This document shows positions 28,568 to 38,146 of a stretch of 64,000 nt of DNA, one piece after another (the first letter of the stretch is position 1; each line of letters begins with the position of its first letter). Source of the DNA: a virus (taxonomy: Duplodnaviria; Caudoviricetes); IMG/VR virus record IMGVR_UViG_3300049926_000042, positions 1 through 64,000 of that record; one strand, given 5' to 3'. The notes beneath the pieces were generated by a model that saw only the letters and a list, made by a program, of their open reading frames with translations, was not told the origin of the DNA and did no database searches. The position numbers were made by a program, and so were the translations under genes.

Positions 28568-29442
28568 TGCCGAAGTTCCACGCACTGGCCGACGCCTTTC
28601 CGCTGATCGAGGGATCCGATTTCGATGAGCTGGTCAAGGACATCGAGGCCAACGGCCTGCTCCAGCCGATCATCATGTTCGAGGGCCAGATCCTCGACGG
28701 ACGTAACCGGTGGCTGGCCTGCCAGAAGCTTGGCATCCCCCACACCGAGATCAAGTTCAGGGGCGACGACCCGGTCTCCTTCGTGTGGTCGACCAACGCC
28801 GTCCGCCGTCAGCTCACCGCGAGCCAGAAGTCTGTCGCCGCCGCCAAGTTGGCCACCGCGTCCAGCGGACGGCCCCAGAGAACCGGACCGGGCGGACCGA
28901 TTTTCGGAGACGAGTTGACCAACACAGAGGTCGCCAAGAAGACAGGGGTGAGCGAGTCATCCATCAAGAGGGCGAAGCGTGTGCTGGCCCTCGGGCTGCC
29001 GTCCGTCGTGACCGCAGTCGAGGACGGCAAGCTCGCCGTCACCGCAGCCGAACGACTGGCACAGAAGCCGCAGGCCGAACAGGCTCACATCATGGCGACC
29101 GTCCCGGTCGCCGACATCCCGAGTGTCGTCCCCGACCCCCGCTGGGATCACAACCTGCGGAGCCCCGACGATGAGCCCAAGGCACCGGCCAAGACGATCA
29201 AGCCCAAGGGCGTCGGCCGGGGACATGTCGCCCCGAAGTTCCAGATGACCGAGCAGCTGAAGCGATCTTCGGCGGCCGGGGAGAAGAGCCGGGTCAAGTT
29301 CTGGACCGAGCACAAGGACCAGATCAAGGATCTCGACCCTGAACTACTGGTCACCTTCGTCGCCGACATGGAAGCGAACCGACGCTACATCAGCCAACTC
29401 CTCAACCTGATCAAGAACGAAACGGAGAACAACGGATCATGA
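28567..29442 (+). CDS. ParB N-terminal domain + HTH protein
   Basis: FHALADAFPL..LVKDIEANGLLQPI..ILDGRNR; HTH TNTEVAKKTGVSESSIKRAK. Confidence 0.85.
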   Translation: MPKFHALADAFPLIEGSDFDELVKDIEANGLLQPIIMFEGQILDGRNRWLACQKLGIPHTEIKFRGDDPVSFVWSTNAVRRQLTASQKSVAAAKLATASSGRPQRTGPGGPIFGDELTNTEVAKKTGVSESSIKRAKRVLALGLPSVVTAVEDGKLAVTAAERLAQKPQAEQAHIMATVPVADIPSVVPDPRWDHNLRSPDDEPKAPAKTIKPKGVGRGHVAPKFQMTEQLKRSSAAGEKSRVKFWTEHKDQIKDLDPELLVTFVADMEANRRYISQLLNLIKNETENNGS

Positions 29443-30227
29443 ACTCTTCCGCAGTCCGGGAAATCCCGGCCAACGAGCTGTCGATTGACCTCCGGGTCCA
29501 GCGGGAACTCGACTACCGCAGGGTCTCCAAGGTGGCCGCCAACTGGAATGATCTGATGGTCGGAGTTCTCACCGTCAGCGAGCGCGCCGACGGCACGAAG
29601 GTCGTGCTCGACGGACAGACCCGCCTGATGGCCCTTCGTCTGGTGTGCGGAGACCCGGAGACCAACTCCCCCGTGCTGGTCCAGGTCCACACCGGCCTCA
29701 CTCTCCAGGAAGAGGCCGCGATCTTCCTGGAGCACAACGACCGCAAGTCGGTCACTCCGCTCGACCGGTTCCGGATCGCGCTGGTGGCGCAGGAGCAGTG
29801 GGCTCTCGACATCGCCGACATCGCCGCCGTCCACGGCTGGTACGTCCAGGGGGCCCCGGTGCCCGAGGAAGTGTTCGGCAAGGCACGGAGGTTCAGCGCC
29901 ATCACGGCCGCCGAAAAGATCTACAAGCTGGACGAGGGAGAGTCCCTCAACCGGGTGTTCGACACGATCGTCAATGCCTGGCCGAAGGAGAGCGGTACCG
30001 TCGGCACCGAGACCCTGAACGGCTTCGGCCTGATGTACTTTCGGCACCCCACTCTCGACCACTACGGGCTGACCCAGAAGCTCGGCAAGCTGGGGTTCAA
30101 CCGGTTCGTCTCCGGGGTCCACGATCACCGCCGGGGCAACGTCGGTACGTCGATCGCGCAGGCCGCGTACACCCACACGCTCGACATCTACAACCTCGGC
30201 CGCCGGACCCGGCGGATCGACTCCTGA
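29439..30227 (+). CDS. DUF6551-like ParB-family protein
   Basis: L.ID..VQR..RV..VA.NW..GVLTVS.R..VLDGQTR..EEAAIF motif. Confidence 0.75.
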   Translation: MNSSAVREIPANELSIDLRVQRELDYRRVSKVAANWNDLMVGVLTVSERADGTKVVLDGQTRLMALRLVCGDPETNSPVLVQVHTGLTLQEEAAIFLEHNDRKSVTPLDRFRIALVAQEQWALDIADIAAVHGWYVQGAPVPEEVFGKARRFSAITAAEKIYKLDEGESLNRVFDTIVNAWPKESGTVGTETLNGFGLMYFRHPTLDHYGLTQKLGKLGFNRFVSGVHDHRRGNVGTSIAQAAYTHTLDIYNLGRRTRRIDS

Positions 30228-30427
30228 TGGCCGGTCAGCACGCAGGGAAGGGCTCCCGTAAAACGGAGCCCTTCCCGGGCTGGGTGGCACCGGTCGACAT
30301 CCCATCCCCGCCAGTCCGCCGACGACGTCGGGCGATGTCCACCGGTAGATTCATCGTCGCCTGGATAGGCTCGATCATCCTGGCAATGTTCTTCATGGCG
30401 ACCATCCTCGCTCTCGCAGGGAAGTGA
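30227..30427 (+). CDS. small membrane protein
   Basis: C-terminal TM helix; coupled ORF. Confidence 0.5.
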   Translation: MAGQHAGKGSRKTEPFPGWVAPVDIPSPPVRRRRRAMSTGRFIVAWIGSIILAMFFMATILALAGK

Positions 30428-31182
30428 CCCCCGTGGCCCAAGCCGTGGCTCAGTACCGCCGGTCAGGACTCGCCCGAAGGACAACCGTGCTCGCGCTCGG
30501 TGCCTTCGCGGCGGCCCCGCTGGCGGCCATGACTCCCGAGATCGTGACCGGGAACTTCGAGGCTCTCAACATCTCGAACGCCGATGTCTTGGGCAGCGGG
30601 ACCTTCCTGATCTTTCTCTCGATGCTGGCGGTCACCCCGTTGATCACGATCACCGGGGCCCGCTGGTTCGCGCCGCTGCGGTGGTGGTTCGGGATCATGT
30701 TCTTCGCCACCGCCGTCATCGATCTGATCATTGCCTCAATCGTGACCGGCGACGACTTCAAAGGTGGCTTCCTCGGCCGGATCGCCGGTCACATTTTCCT
30801 GCTGATCGGCACGACCACCGTCCTGTTGTCGATCGTGCTGGTGATCACCGCGAGCCATCGGGCCCAGAAGAGACTCGGGAAATACTGGAAGCCAATCCAG
30901 AAGATCACCTACGTGGTCTGGGCTTTGATCTTGATTCATCTCCTGTTGCTCTTCGGCATCGGAGAAGATCGGTTCCAGCAGGCGGTCGCGGCCAGCTATC
31001 CGTTGTTCGTTCTCCGGCTGCCGTCGATCAAGAACTGGGTGATCGCCTACCGACGATCATGGATCGTCTGGGTGCTCTTGATCCCTTTGCTCTCGGTCTT
31101 CGTCTTCGGCTACGGCAACTTGATCAATGAGTTCGTCGACAAGGGAGTCCAGGCGGCGAGTCTCAACCCAGTGGACGACTGA
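30424..31182 (+). CDS. ferric-reductase-like transmembrane protein (MsrQ/YedZ-like)
   Basis: LAVTPL, R..FG, TAS..AQKRLGK.W..IQK.TY..H motifs; about 6 TM helices. Confidence 0.75.
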   Translation: MTPVAQAVAQYRRSGLARRTTVLALGAFAAAPLAAMTPEIVTGNFEALNISNADVLGSGTFLIFLSMLAVTPLITITGARWFAPLRWWFGIMFFATAVIDLIIASIVTGDDFKGGFLGRIAGHIFLLIGTTTVLLSIVLVITASHRAQKRLGKYWKPIQKITYVVWALILIHLLLLFGIGEDRFQQAVAASYPLFVLRLPSIKNWVIAYRRSWIVWVLLIPLLSVFVFGYGNLINEFVDKGVQAASLNPVDD

Positions 31183-31184
31183 TC

Positions 31185-31376
31185 ATGACCGGCCGACACC
31201 GCAGGGCGATCCGACGTCAGAAGATCGCTAAGAAAAGAGCGATCACGCTGGTGACGATCATGGTGATGATCGCTCTTTCGGCCGGTGGCTTCGAGCTTGC
31301 TGATCATGGATGGTCGTTTTTCGTAGATCGTCCACCGGGTGTCGGTGCCACTGTCGACGTCCAGACCGGTGACTGA
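31185..31376 (+). CDS. small membrane protein
   Basis: Basic N-terminus plus TM helix. Confidence 0.5.
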   Translation: MTGRHRRAIRRQKIAKKRAITLVTIMVMIALSAGGFELADHGWSFFVDRPPGVGATVDVQTGD

Positions 31377-31590
31377 CTATGCGGCCAGTCCGAGAACTAT
31401 GCAGTCACTCTAAGACATAATAACAGAATCTACTGATGCGTAGGGTAGCAAAAGCCACCAGCGCTCGCCTAATGAGATCGTTTAGGTGTCCGTGTATGGT
31501 TGCATCACCTCTGGCTGCGGGGAGTTTTCGCAGCTCAGAGCATGTATCAGCATATGAGACCGATCTTGGACAACGAGGAGATGTATAAAA

Positions 31591-31809
31591 ATGGCGACCA
31601 TGAAGGCGATCTTTCTCTGGTGCGATGGCTGCGGAGATCAGTTTTCGACTGCCACCATCCCGCCGTACATGACTGTGGCCGACGCAAGGACCGCCGCGCA
31701 CCGGAGGGGCTGGCGACACGACAAGATCAATCGCGACTGGTGCCCGAGTTGCTACCGGCGGCCGACGACTCCCCCCGCCTTGCCGCACCCGAGGAATGGT
31801 CATGCTTGA
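31591..31809 (+). CDS. Zn-ribbon protein
   Basis: CDGC...GW...DWCPSC motif. Confidence 0.65.
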   Translation: MATMKAIFLWCDGCGDQFSTATIPPYMTVADARTAAHRRGWRHDKINRDWCPSCYRRPTTPPALPHPRNGHA

Positions 31810-32092
31810 CAGCCGATACGCAGAGCACAAGCCCGGCACGAAGCCGATCGTCATGGACCCCTGTGACTGCAAAGAGTGTGTCTTCGGCTCCGGCATCAAC
31901 TTCGATCTCAAGCACCGACGATCAAGGGCACTGTCCGAGATCTTCAGCGCGGCCGGGATCGAGGACAAGCAAAGAAGGTTCTGCCACAAGTGCCTGACCG
32001 TGGTGTGGGTGATCAGCATCGACGCCGGGGATCACTGGGCACATACCTGCGTCCCGAAGGGTCACGTGTGGTCGAGCGCGGGTAAGTTCTGA
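31796..32092 (+). CDS. Cys-rich hypothetical protein
   Basis: CDCKEC and CHKC motifs. Confidence 0.5.
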   Translation: MVMLDSRYAEHKPGTKPIVMDPCDCKECVFGSGINFDLKHRRSRALSEIFSAAGIEDKQRRFCHKCLTVVWVISIDAGDHWAHTCVPKGHVWSSAGKF

Positions 32093-32119
32093 TCGAGTCA
32101 ATGAAACGAGGAACGGATC

Positions 32120-32374
32120 ATGAGTGCAGAAAATTTTGGCGGATTTCATCAGGCCGACTGGACTGCTGAGGAGGAGCAGAAGATAGCCGCCCTGAAGGCT
32201 GAGATGCAGAACGAGGACGACGTCCGAATCCGGATGACGGCACTCGCGGCTGCGGCAGAGGTGGCGCGGGGGACTCTGTCGGTGGATGGCCCGCCGGTGG
32301 GCTATGTAGCGACCGGTGTCGTCCAGATGGCCGACGTGTTCGATCAGTGGATTCGGACCGGGCAAGTAATCTGA
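32120..32374 (+). CDS. hypothetical protein
   Basis: GAGGAA RBS with GATCATG start. Confidence 0.6.
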   Translation: MSAENFGGFHQADWTAEEEQKIAALKAEMQNEDDVRIRMTALAAAAEVARGTLSVDGPPVGYVATGVVQMADVFDQWIRTGQVI

Positions 32375-32395
32375 CGGTCAGGCAGGGCAGAATGG

Positions 32396-32426
32396 GACGC
32401 CGGGAGCCAACAGGCCCCGGCGTTTT
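32396..32426 (+). terminator. hairpin terminator
   Basis: GACGCCGGG/CCCGGCGTT inverted repeat followed by TT. Confidence 0.45.
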
Positions 32427-32447
32427 CCGTTCCCCGAGAGGTGACCC

Positions 32448-33383
32448 ATGACCGGTAAGCATGCGCGGCGCAGGCCGCGATGGATGTACCTGGTGATGGG
32501 GGTGATCACTGCCCTGACCATGTCGATGGCGTTGTTTCTGGCTCCCGGGGGAGCCGTCGCCGCCACCCCAAGCCAGGATGCGTGCCACACCGTTGGCAAC
32601 GCCACCCCTCTCGGTGATTGCGGAGCCTTCAAACAGATCTTCCGCGACACCTTCAACGGCCGTACCGTCGCCGTCGGCAAGTTCAGCGACTGCGACCACA
32701 ACGCCGACACCCCTTCGGCCTTCTGCTCCGGTCTCACCGGCAGTGACCGGACCAACTGGTGGGCCTACCCAACCGGCTGGGAAGACACCGCGACCTCCGG
32801 CAACGACGACAACGGAGGCAGAACCCTCGGTGGTATCTACCACCCCGAAAACACCATCAGCATCGGCCAGCAGTCCAGTACCAATACCGACGGAGTCCTC
32901 CGGGTCAGGATGTATCGTCCTCTGGCCGGGGGGCCCGTGCATTCATCTGCACCGGTTCCCAAGAAGTGCATGGCCCTTCGCTACGGGAAGTTCACCGAGC
33001 GCGTCATCGTCCGAACCCGAACCAACGGCTACAAGCTAGCCCACCTGCACTACTCGCCGGACGAGATCGACTATCCCGAGGCCGGGGGCAACTTCGCCAC
33101 TGACACGATCAGTGCCTTCACCCACAAGTTCACCGAGACCAACACCACCGTGGCCCCGAACAGCGCGTGGACGAGCTGGCACACCTACAGTCAGGAGATC
33201 ACGCCTGGGAAGGTGAAGATCTTCTACGACGGCAAGCTCGTACGGACGATCAGTGGTGATTACCCTCGCGCCACCGCATGGGTGCTCCAGAACGAGAGTG
33301 CTTTGGGTGGAGGTTACGCAGCTAAGGGATCATCCGTGATCATCGACACAACGGGTGTCACCTGCTACCGCTACTCGCCCTGA
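32448..33383 (+). CDS. secreted glycoside hydrolase family 16 protein
   Basis: Signal peptide; IFRDTFNG; YGKFTER; catalytic EIDYPE; WHTYS.E.TPGKVKIFYDG. Confidence 0.8.
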   Translation: MTGKHARRRPRWMYLVMGVITALTMSMALFLAPGGAVAATPSQDACHTVGNATPLGDCGAFKQIFRDTFNGRTVAVGKFSDCDHNADTPSAFCSGLTGSDRTNWWAYPTGWEDTATSGNDDNGGRTLGGIYHPENTISIGQQSSTNTDGVLRVRMYRPLAGGPVHSSAPVPKKCMALRYGKFTERVIVRTRTNGYKLAHLHYSPDEIDYPEAGGNFATDTISAFTHKFTETNTTVAPNSAWTSWHTYSQEITPGKVKIFYDGKLVRTISGDYPRATAWVLQNESALGGGYAAKGSSVIIDTTGVTCYRYSP

Positions 33384-33500
33384 TCCCCTATGCTCGAACC
33401 ACACCGATCAAAGGCCCGCGCTGGGGTGCTCACAACGCCTCCGGTCGCGGGCCTTGCCATGTCGGTTATGATCGAACCAAGCCAAAGGAAGGAAGCGCCG

Positions 33501-33743
33501 ATGTGTGCCTGGAAGGGAACCCGGCCCAAGCCGGTCACCGATCGAGACAAGAGAGTGCTCAAGCTTCTCCAGAAGCAGGGAGCGATGACCCGCAACGACA
33601 TCGCCGAACAGCTCAAGCTGTCGCGGTCGCTGACCTATCTGTCCCTCGACCGGCTGCGGACCGCCGGTCAGGCTAAGCGATGCTTCTCGGAGGAGTCCAA
33701 ATACACCCTGTGGACGGCGGAGGTGGATGTTCCTTGCCCGTGA
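33501..33743 (+). CDS. winged HTH protein
   Basis: RVLKLLQKQGAMTRNDIAEQLKLSRSLTYLSLDRL motif. Confidence 0.75.
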   Translation: MCAWKGTRPKPVTDRDKRVLKLLQKQGAMTRNDIAEQLKLSRSLTYLSLDRLRTAGQAKRCFSEESKYTLWTAEVDVPCP

Positions 33744-33982
33744 TCGAGTTCGACACGTATCCGCCCTTCAGCGGAGACGATCCGGTCTGCCCGAAGTGCC
33801 TCAAGATCGGCGCGTCTGTCGAGTACATGGCATACGGCGAGTGCTATCACGACTCGGGTGGTGTCTCGGGCACCATCTTCGGTTTCCAGCCGAACGAGCG
33901 TCTGCATCGTGTGTGCATCCGATGCTCTTACGCCTGGGATGAGAATCTCGCCACCGCAACAACTCCGAGGGCACACCCATGA
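33740..33982 (+). CDS. Zn-finger protein
   Basis: CPKC...CIRC; coupled ORF. Confidence 0.6.
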   Translation: MIEFDTYPPFSGDDPVCPKCLKIGASVEYMAYGECYHDSGGVSGTIFGFQPNERLHRVCIRCSYAWDENLATATTPRAHP

Positions 33983-34530
33983 CGACCCGTGCCAGCTGGT
34001 ACGCCGAAAACGGTGGGACGCTCGGGCCTCCCGTCGTCCCCCTAGGCTCGATCGGTCTCACCCAGATCCATGGAGGCGTCGGCCGGGCCATCCGGGCCGG
34101 GCAGTGGATGCTCGGTGACGGCTTCAAGGACTACGAACACGCCTTCGTGTACGTCGGTGGATACCGGATCATCGAAGCAGAGCCCGGCGGAGCCCTCCGC
34201 TCCAGTCTCGGCCGGTACAACCCGGAGAAGATTCTCTGGCTGCGGTGCCCACCCGAGTTCGGAGAGGCAGTAGCCGCTGCCGCCGTTGCCTTGATCGGCA
34301 CCCCGTACAGCTTCGCCGACTACGGAGCGATCAGTGCCCACCGTCTGCACATCCCGATGCCTCATCTAGATCATTTCATTGAGACGTCGGGGCATCTCAT
34401 CTGCTCGCAGCTCGCCGACCGCGCCGCAGACAAGGGTGGCTGGCACCTCTTCAACGATGGTCGTTGGGTGGGCGATGTCTCCCCCGGCGACATCACCAAG
34501 TTGGCACTTGCACAGGAGCTGGCCGCATGA
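33979..34530 (+). CDS. permuted NlpC/P60 (YaeF/YiiX-like) amidase
   Basis: HAFVYVG..IIEA (His first), IGTPYS, and ICSQL (Cys last). Confidence 0.82.
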   Translation: MTTRASWYAENGGTLGPPVVPLGSIGLTQIHGGVGRAIRAGQWMLGDGFKDYEHAFVYVGGYRIIEAEPGGALRSSLGRYNPEKILWLRCPPEFGEAVAAAAVALIGTPYSFADYGAISAHRLHIPMPHLDHFIETSGHLICSQLADRAADKGGWHLFNDGRWVGDVSPGDITKLALAQELAA

Positions 34531-35222
34531 TCTCTGTTCTGGTCCCCACCCGGGGACGCCCGCACAACATGCGCCGGATGGTCGATTCCGGCCGGGAGAC
34601 CTCGACCGGCCAAGTCGAGTACGTGTTCTACATCGACGACGATGACCCGGCGTCGGTCGAGATGGCCTCGACTCTGCATCACGAGAAGGCAGACGTCTTC
34701 TGGATCACCGGCCCCCGGATCCTGATGTCGTCGATGTGGAACGAGTGCCAGAAGTGCGCGCGGTATGACGTCTACCAGCACTCGTGCGACGAGACGATCT
34801 ATCGCACCGTGGGCTGGGACACCGCAGTGCTGGCCGCGATGGACGAATGGCCGGACAAGATCGGTCTCGTGTACGGCCGCGACGGCATCCACGATCAAGC
34901 ACTGGCCACCCACGGCTTCATCACCCGTAACTGGGTCGAGGCCGTCGGCTACTTCGTACCGCCCTACTTCAGCTCCGACTACAACGATCTCTGGCTGCAT
35001 CAGGTGGCAGAGGCCGTCGGCCGGTTGCACTTCCTGCCTGAGGTCTACACGGAGCACATGCATCCGGCCGTCAACAAGGGTCCGCTCGATCTCACCCACC
35101 AGGAACGTCTGACGCGTCACGGGCAAGACGGCGTGGACGCTCTGTACGCCTCTCTGGCGGGCAAACGGAACGAGGACGTGGAGAAGCTCACGGAGGCAAT
35201 CCAGAAGGCACAGGTGGCATGA
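34527..35222 (+). CDS. glycosyltransferase family 2
   Basis: ISVLVPTRGR, DDDD, CDE, YSD.WL motifs. Confidence 0.85.
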   Translation: MISVLVPTRGRPHNMRRMVDSGRETSTGQVEYVFYIDDDDPASVEMASTLHHEKADVFWITGPRILMSSMWNECQKCARYDVYQHSCDETIYRTVGWDTAVLAAMDEWPDKIGLVYGRDGIHDQALATHGFITRNWVEAVGYFVPPYFSSDYNDLWLHQVAEAVGRLHFLPEVYTEHMHPAVNKGPLDLTHQERLTRHGQDGVDALYASLAGKRNEDVEKLTEAIQKAQVA

Positions 35223-36133
35223 TGCGCGTTCTCGTAACGGGTGCCCAGGGGTTCGTCGGCGGCTATCTCGCCGACGCCCTGCGGCGTGACGATCACGAGG
35301 TCTGGGGGTTCGACACCCGGGGTGCCTTCAGACACGACATCAGGGATTACGAGGCCGTCCACTCAATGATCTCCCGAGCGGAGCCTGATCTGATCTTTCA
35401 TCTCGCGGCCGTGGCTTGGCCGGGGGAATCACTACGTGACCCCCGCCGGGTGATGGACGTCAATCTCGGGGGAACCGCCAACCTGCTGGACGCGGTCAGG
35501 GTCACCGGCTCACACGCCAAGATCTTGTTGGCCGGTACCTCGGAAGAGTACGGCTACGAAGGTCACCCGGAAGGCACCGTTCTCGACGAGGAGACGACGT
35601 GCCGACCGATGACCCCTTACGGGGTGAGCAAGCTCGCAGCGACGACTCTGGGCATGGTGTACGCCCGCCGGTACGGCTTGCACGTCGTGGCCACACGAGC
35701 GTTCAACCACACGGGATGGGGCCGCCAGGCAGTCAATGCCGAGTCCTCGTTCGCCCGCCGGATCGTCGCCTTCGAGCGCGGGGAGACCACCAGCGTCAGC
35801 CACGGCGATCTCTCCGCCATGCGGAACTTCACTGACGTCCGCGATGTCGTCCGGGCATACAAGGCAGTGATCCTCGCGGATCCCGGCATCTACAACGTGT
35901 GCTCGGGCAACACAGTGACTATGCAGCAGGTCATGGACACGCTGGTCGAGATCGCCTCGGAGGACAGCCGGACCCCCGTGATCCTGAAGGAGGATCCCGC
36001 TCTGGTTCACAAGGACGCGGGGATCTTCCCGATCCCGACGTTCGACAAGCTTCATCAGGCGACCGCATGGATCCCGGAGATCTCCCTGGAGGAGACCCTG
36101 AAGACTGTTCTTGAGTACTGGAGGGGCCGATGA
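35219..36133 (+). CDS. GDP-sugar dehydratase/reductase (Gmd/Rmd-like SDR)
   Basis: VLVTGAQGFVG, HLAA, GTSEEYG, PYGVSK, RAFNHTG, RNFTDVRD motifs. Confidence 0.88.
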   Translation: MMRVLVTGAQGFVGGYLADALRRDDHEVWGFDTRGAFRHDIRDYEAVHSMISRAEPDLIFHLAAVAWPGESLRDPRRVMDVNLGGTANLLDAVRVTGSHAKILLAGTSEEYGYEGHPEGTVLDEETTCRPMTPYGVSKLAATTLGMVYARRYGLHVVATRAFNHTGWGRQAVNAESSFARRIVAFERGETTSVSHGDLSAMRNFTDVRDVVRAYKAVILADPGIYNVCSGNTVTMQQVMDTLVEIASEDSRTPVILKEDPALVHKDAGIFPIPTFDKLHQATAWIPEISLEETLKTVLEYWRGR

Positions 36134-37338
36134 CCATCTGCCGGAGCTGCAACGGGACGTGCACCGAAGTACTCAATCTCGGTGATCACCGGCTGTCGGA
36201 TTTCGTCGAGCCTGTCCAGATGGGAGGGATCACTGCCTTCCCACTGCGGATGGTGATCTGCAATGACTGCTCGTTGCTCCAGCTCGCCGACACGACTCCC
36301 CGGAACCTGCTCTATCACGATCGCTACGGCTTCCGATCCGGCACCAACGAGGCCATCCGCGCCGATCTGGCGGACGTCGTCCAGTACGCGCTGGCCGAGT
36401 CAACCGGCACAGTCGGCAACTGGCTCGACATCGCCTGCAACGACGGCACCCTGCTCTCGTTCGTCCCGAAGGACGTCCAGACATGGTGCATCGATCCGGT
36501 GATGGCGATCGTCCGCGATGCCGTCAAACACGCCGACGTCACGATCGGCGATTACTTCCGGCCGTCGTACTTCGATCACGAGAGATTCAACGTGATCACC
36601 TCGGTCTCGATGTTCTACGATCTCGACGACCCGAACGAGTTCGTGGCTGGGGTCGCCGGTGTGCTGGCATCCGACGGCATCTGGGTGATCCAACAGAACT
36701 ACGCGGCGGACATGCTGGCCCGCAACGCGGTCGACAACATCTGCCATGAGCACGTGACTTACTTCAGCGTGGAGTCTCTGCTGCCTCTGCTGGAGCGTCA
36801 CGGGCTGGAGATCAATGACGTCACCTACTCGGACGTCAACGGCGGGTGCTTCCGGGTGCTGGTCACCCATCACGGCAACCGGGCCATCAACAGCTCGGTC
36901 GGAGAGGCATTGGCCAACGAGGGCAAACGCAAGCTGGCCCGGCCGGAGACCTGGCAGGCCTGGGGGCGTGCGGTGGTCGATGAGCTGAGTCTCACCCGGA
37001 AGGCTCTGCTCAGAGCCAAGGAGCGCGGCGAGCGTGTCTTTCTGTACGGCGCGAGCACTCGGGGAGGAACCTTCCTCCAGATGATCGACGCCGGGCCGGA
37101 CCTGCTTCCGTACGCGGTCGAGCGCAACCCCGACAAGTTCGGGAAGATCATGGCCAGTACAGGCATCCCGATCATCTCCGAGCAATCCATGCGCGATGAT
37201 CCTCCGGACGCTCTGCTCGTGAGCCCGTGGTTCTTCCGCGAGGTCTTCCTGAATCGCGAGGCCACCTACCTCGACGGTGGCGGCGTGATGATCTTCCCCC
37301 TCCCGCACTTCGAGATCGTCGGAGGCGATCATGATTAA
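36130..37338 (+). CDS. NDP-hexose C-methyltransferase
   Basis: CRSC..L.LG..CNDCSLLQL Zn domain; LDIACNDGTLL; HEHVTYFS; YGASTRG..ERNPDKFG C-terminal domain. Confidence 0.88.
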   Translation: MTICRSCNGTCTEVLNLGDHRLSDFVEPVQMGGITAFPLRMVICNDCSLLQLADTTPRNLLYHDRYGFRSGTNEAIRADLADVVQYALAESTGTVGNWLDIACNDGTLLSFVPKDVQTWCIDPVMAIVRDAVKHADVTIGDYFRPSYFDHERFNVITSVSMFYDLDDPNEFVAGVAGVLASDGIWVIQQNYAADMLARNAVDNICHEHVTYFSVESLLPLLERHGLEINDVTYSDVNGGCFRVLVTHHGNRAINSSVGEALANEGKRKLARPETWQAWGRAVVDELSLTRKALLRAKERGERVFLYGASTRGGTFLQMIDAGPDLLPYAVERNPDKFGKIMASTGIPIISEQSMRDDPPDALLVSPWFFREVFLNREATYLDGGGVMIFPLPHFEIVGGDHD

Positions 37339-38146
37339 CCGAGGACAGGCCAACTCTTCGGAGTTCAACCGGTCAGGGCTCAACTGGAACGATCAAGTTC
37401 AGGCGTGGTCACATCCGCCGGTCGACGACGTCGGCTACATCTCCTCCGAGGTCATGCTGAGCTGGAGTGACACCAAGCTCCGCGAGACGATCGAAGCCAT
37501 GCGCCGTGTCCGATACGAAGGGTGGCGCAATCACGACGGCTTGTGGCGCGAGCTGATGGGTCTGGACGACGTCCGTGGCAAAGACGTCCTGGACTTCGGG
37601 TGCGGGACCGGCATCGAAGCAGCCGAGTTCGTCCGTGGCCACAACCGGGTCAGTGTCGCTGATCTGTCCCCGGTGAATCTCCGGCTGGCCACCAGGGTCA
37701 TGAAGCTGACGGCACCGGCCGAGTCGATCATCCCGGCCTATCTGGTCGGGTGTCTGCCGCCGTACTTCGAGACCAACAGTGCCAGGTTCGACGTCGTCCA
37801 CTGCTCCGGAGTGTTGCACCACATCCCGTGGGCGCACGCGATCATGAAGAGGTTCTGGGAGATCCTCCGGCCCGGCGGACAGGTCAGGCTGATGCTGTAT
37901 TCCGACGTCGGGTGGACGATCGCGACCGGCAGCAACCCACCGGCGGGACGTCCGTCCGAACACCCGGACTTCATGAAGTTCGTCCGGTACTTCGATGCAG
38001 TCGGCGAGTACGCCGACTGGTACAGCCTGGCGAAGATCAATAACACCTTCGGGGACATGTTCTCCCTCGATCAGTTCGCCTATCTCACGGTCGATCAGCG
38101 CTACTGCGCGGCCGTCCTCACCAGGAAAGGAAACGTGGGGATGTGA
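37331..38146 (+). CDS. class I SAM-dependent methyltransferase
   Basis: VLDFGCGTG, ADLS, FDVVHCSGVLHH, LRPGG motifs. Confidence 0.88.
   Translation: MINRGQANSSEFNRSGLNWNDQVQAWSHPPVDDVGYISSEVMLSWSDTKLRETIEAMRRVRYEGWRNHDGLWRELMGLDDVRGKDVLDFGCGTGIEAAEFVRGHNRVSVADLSPVNLRLATRVMKLTAPAESIIPAYLVGCLPPYFETNSARFDVVHCSGVLHHIPWAHAIMKRFWEILRPGGQVRLMLYSDVGWTIATGSNPPAGRPSEHPDFMKFVRYFDAVGEYADWYSLAKINNTFGDMFSLDQFAYLTVDQRYCAAVLTRKGNVGM

Noticed and set aside
31380-31590. AT-richer intergenic stretch as origin or ncRNA
   Set aside because: Only a short ACTATGC duplication and weak promoter-like hexamers; no structure strong enough to call.
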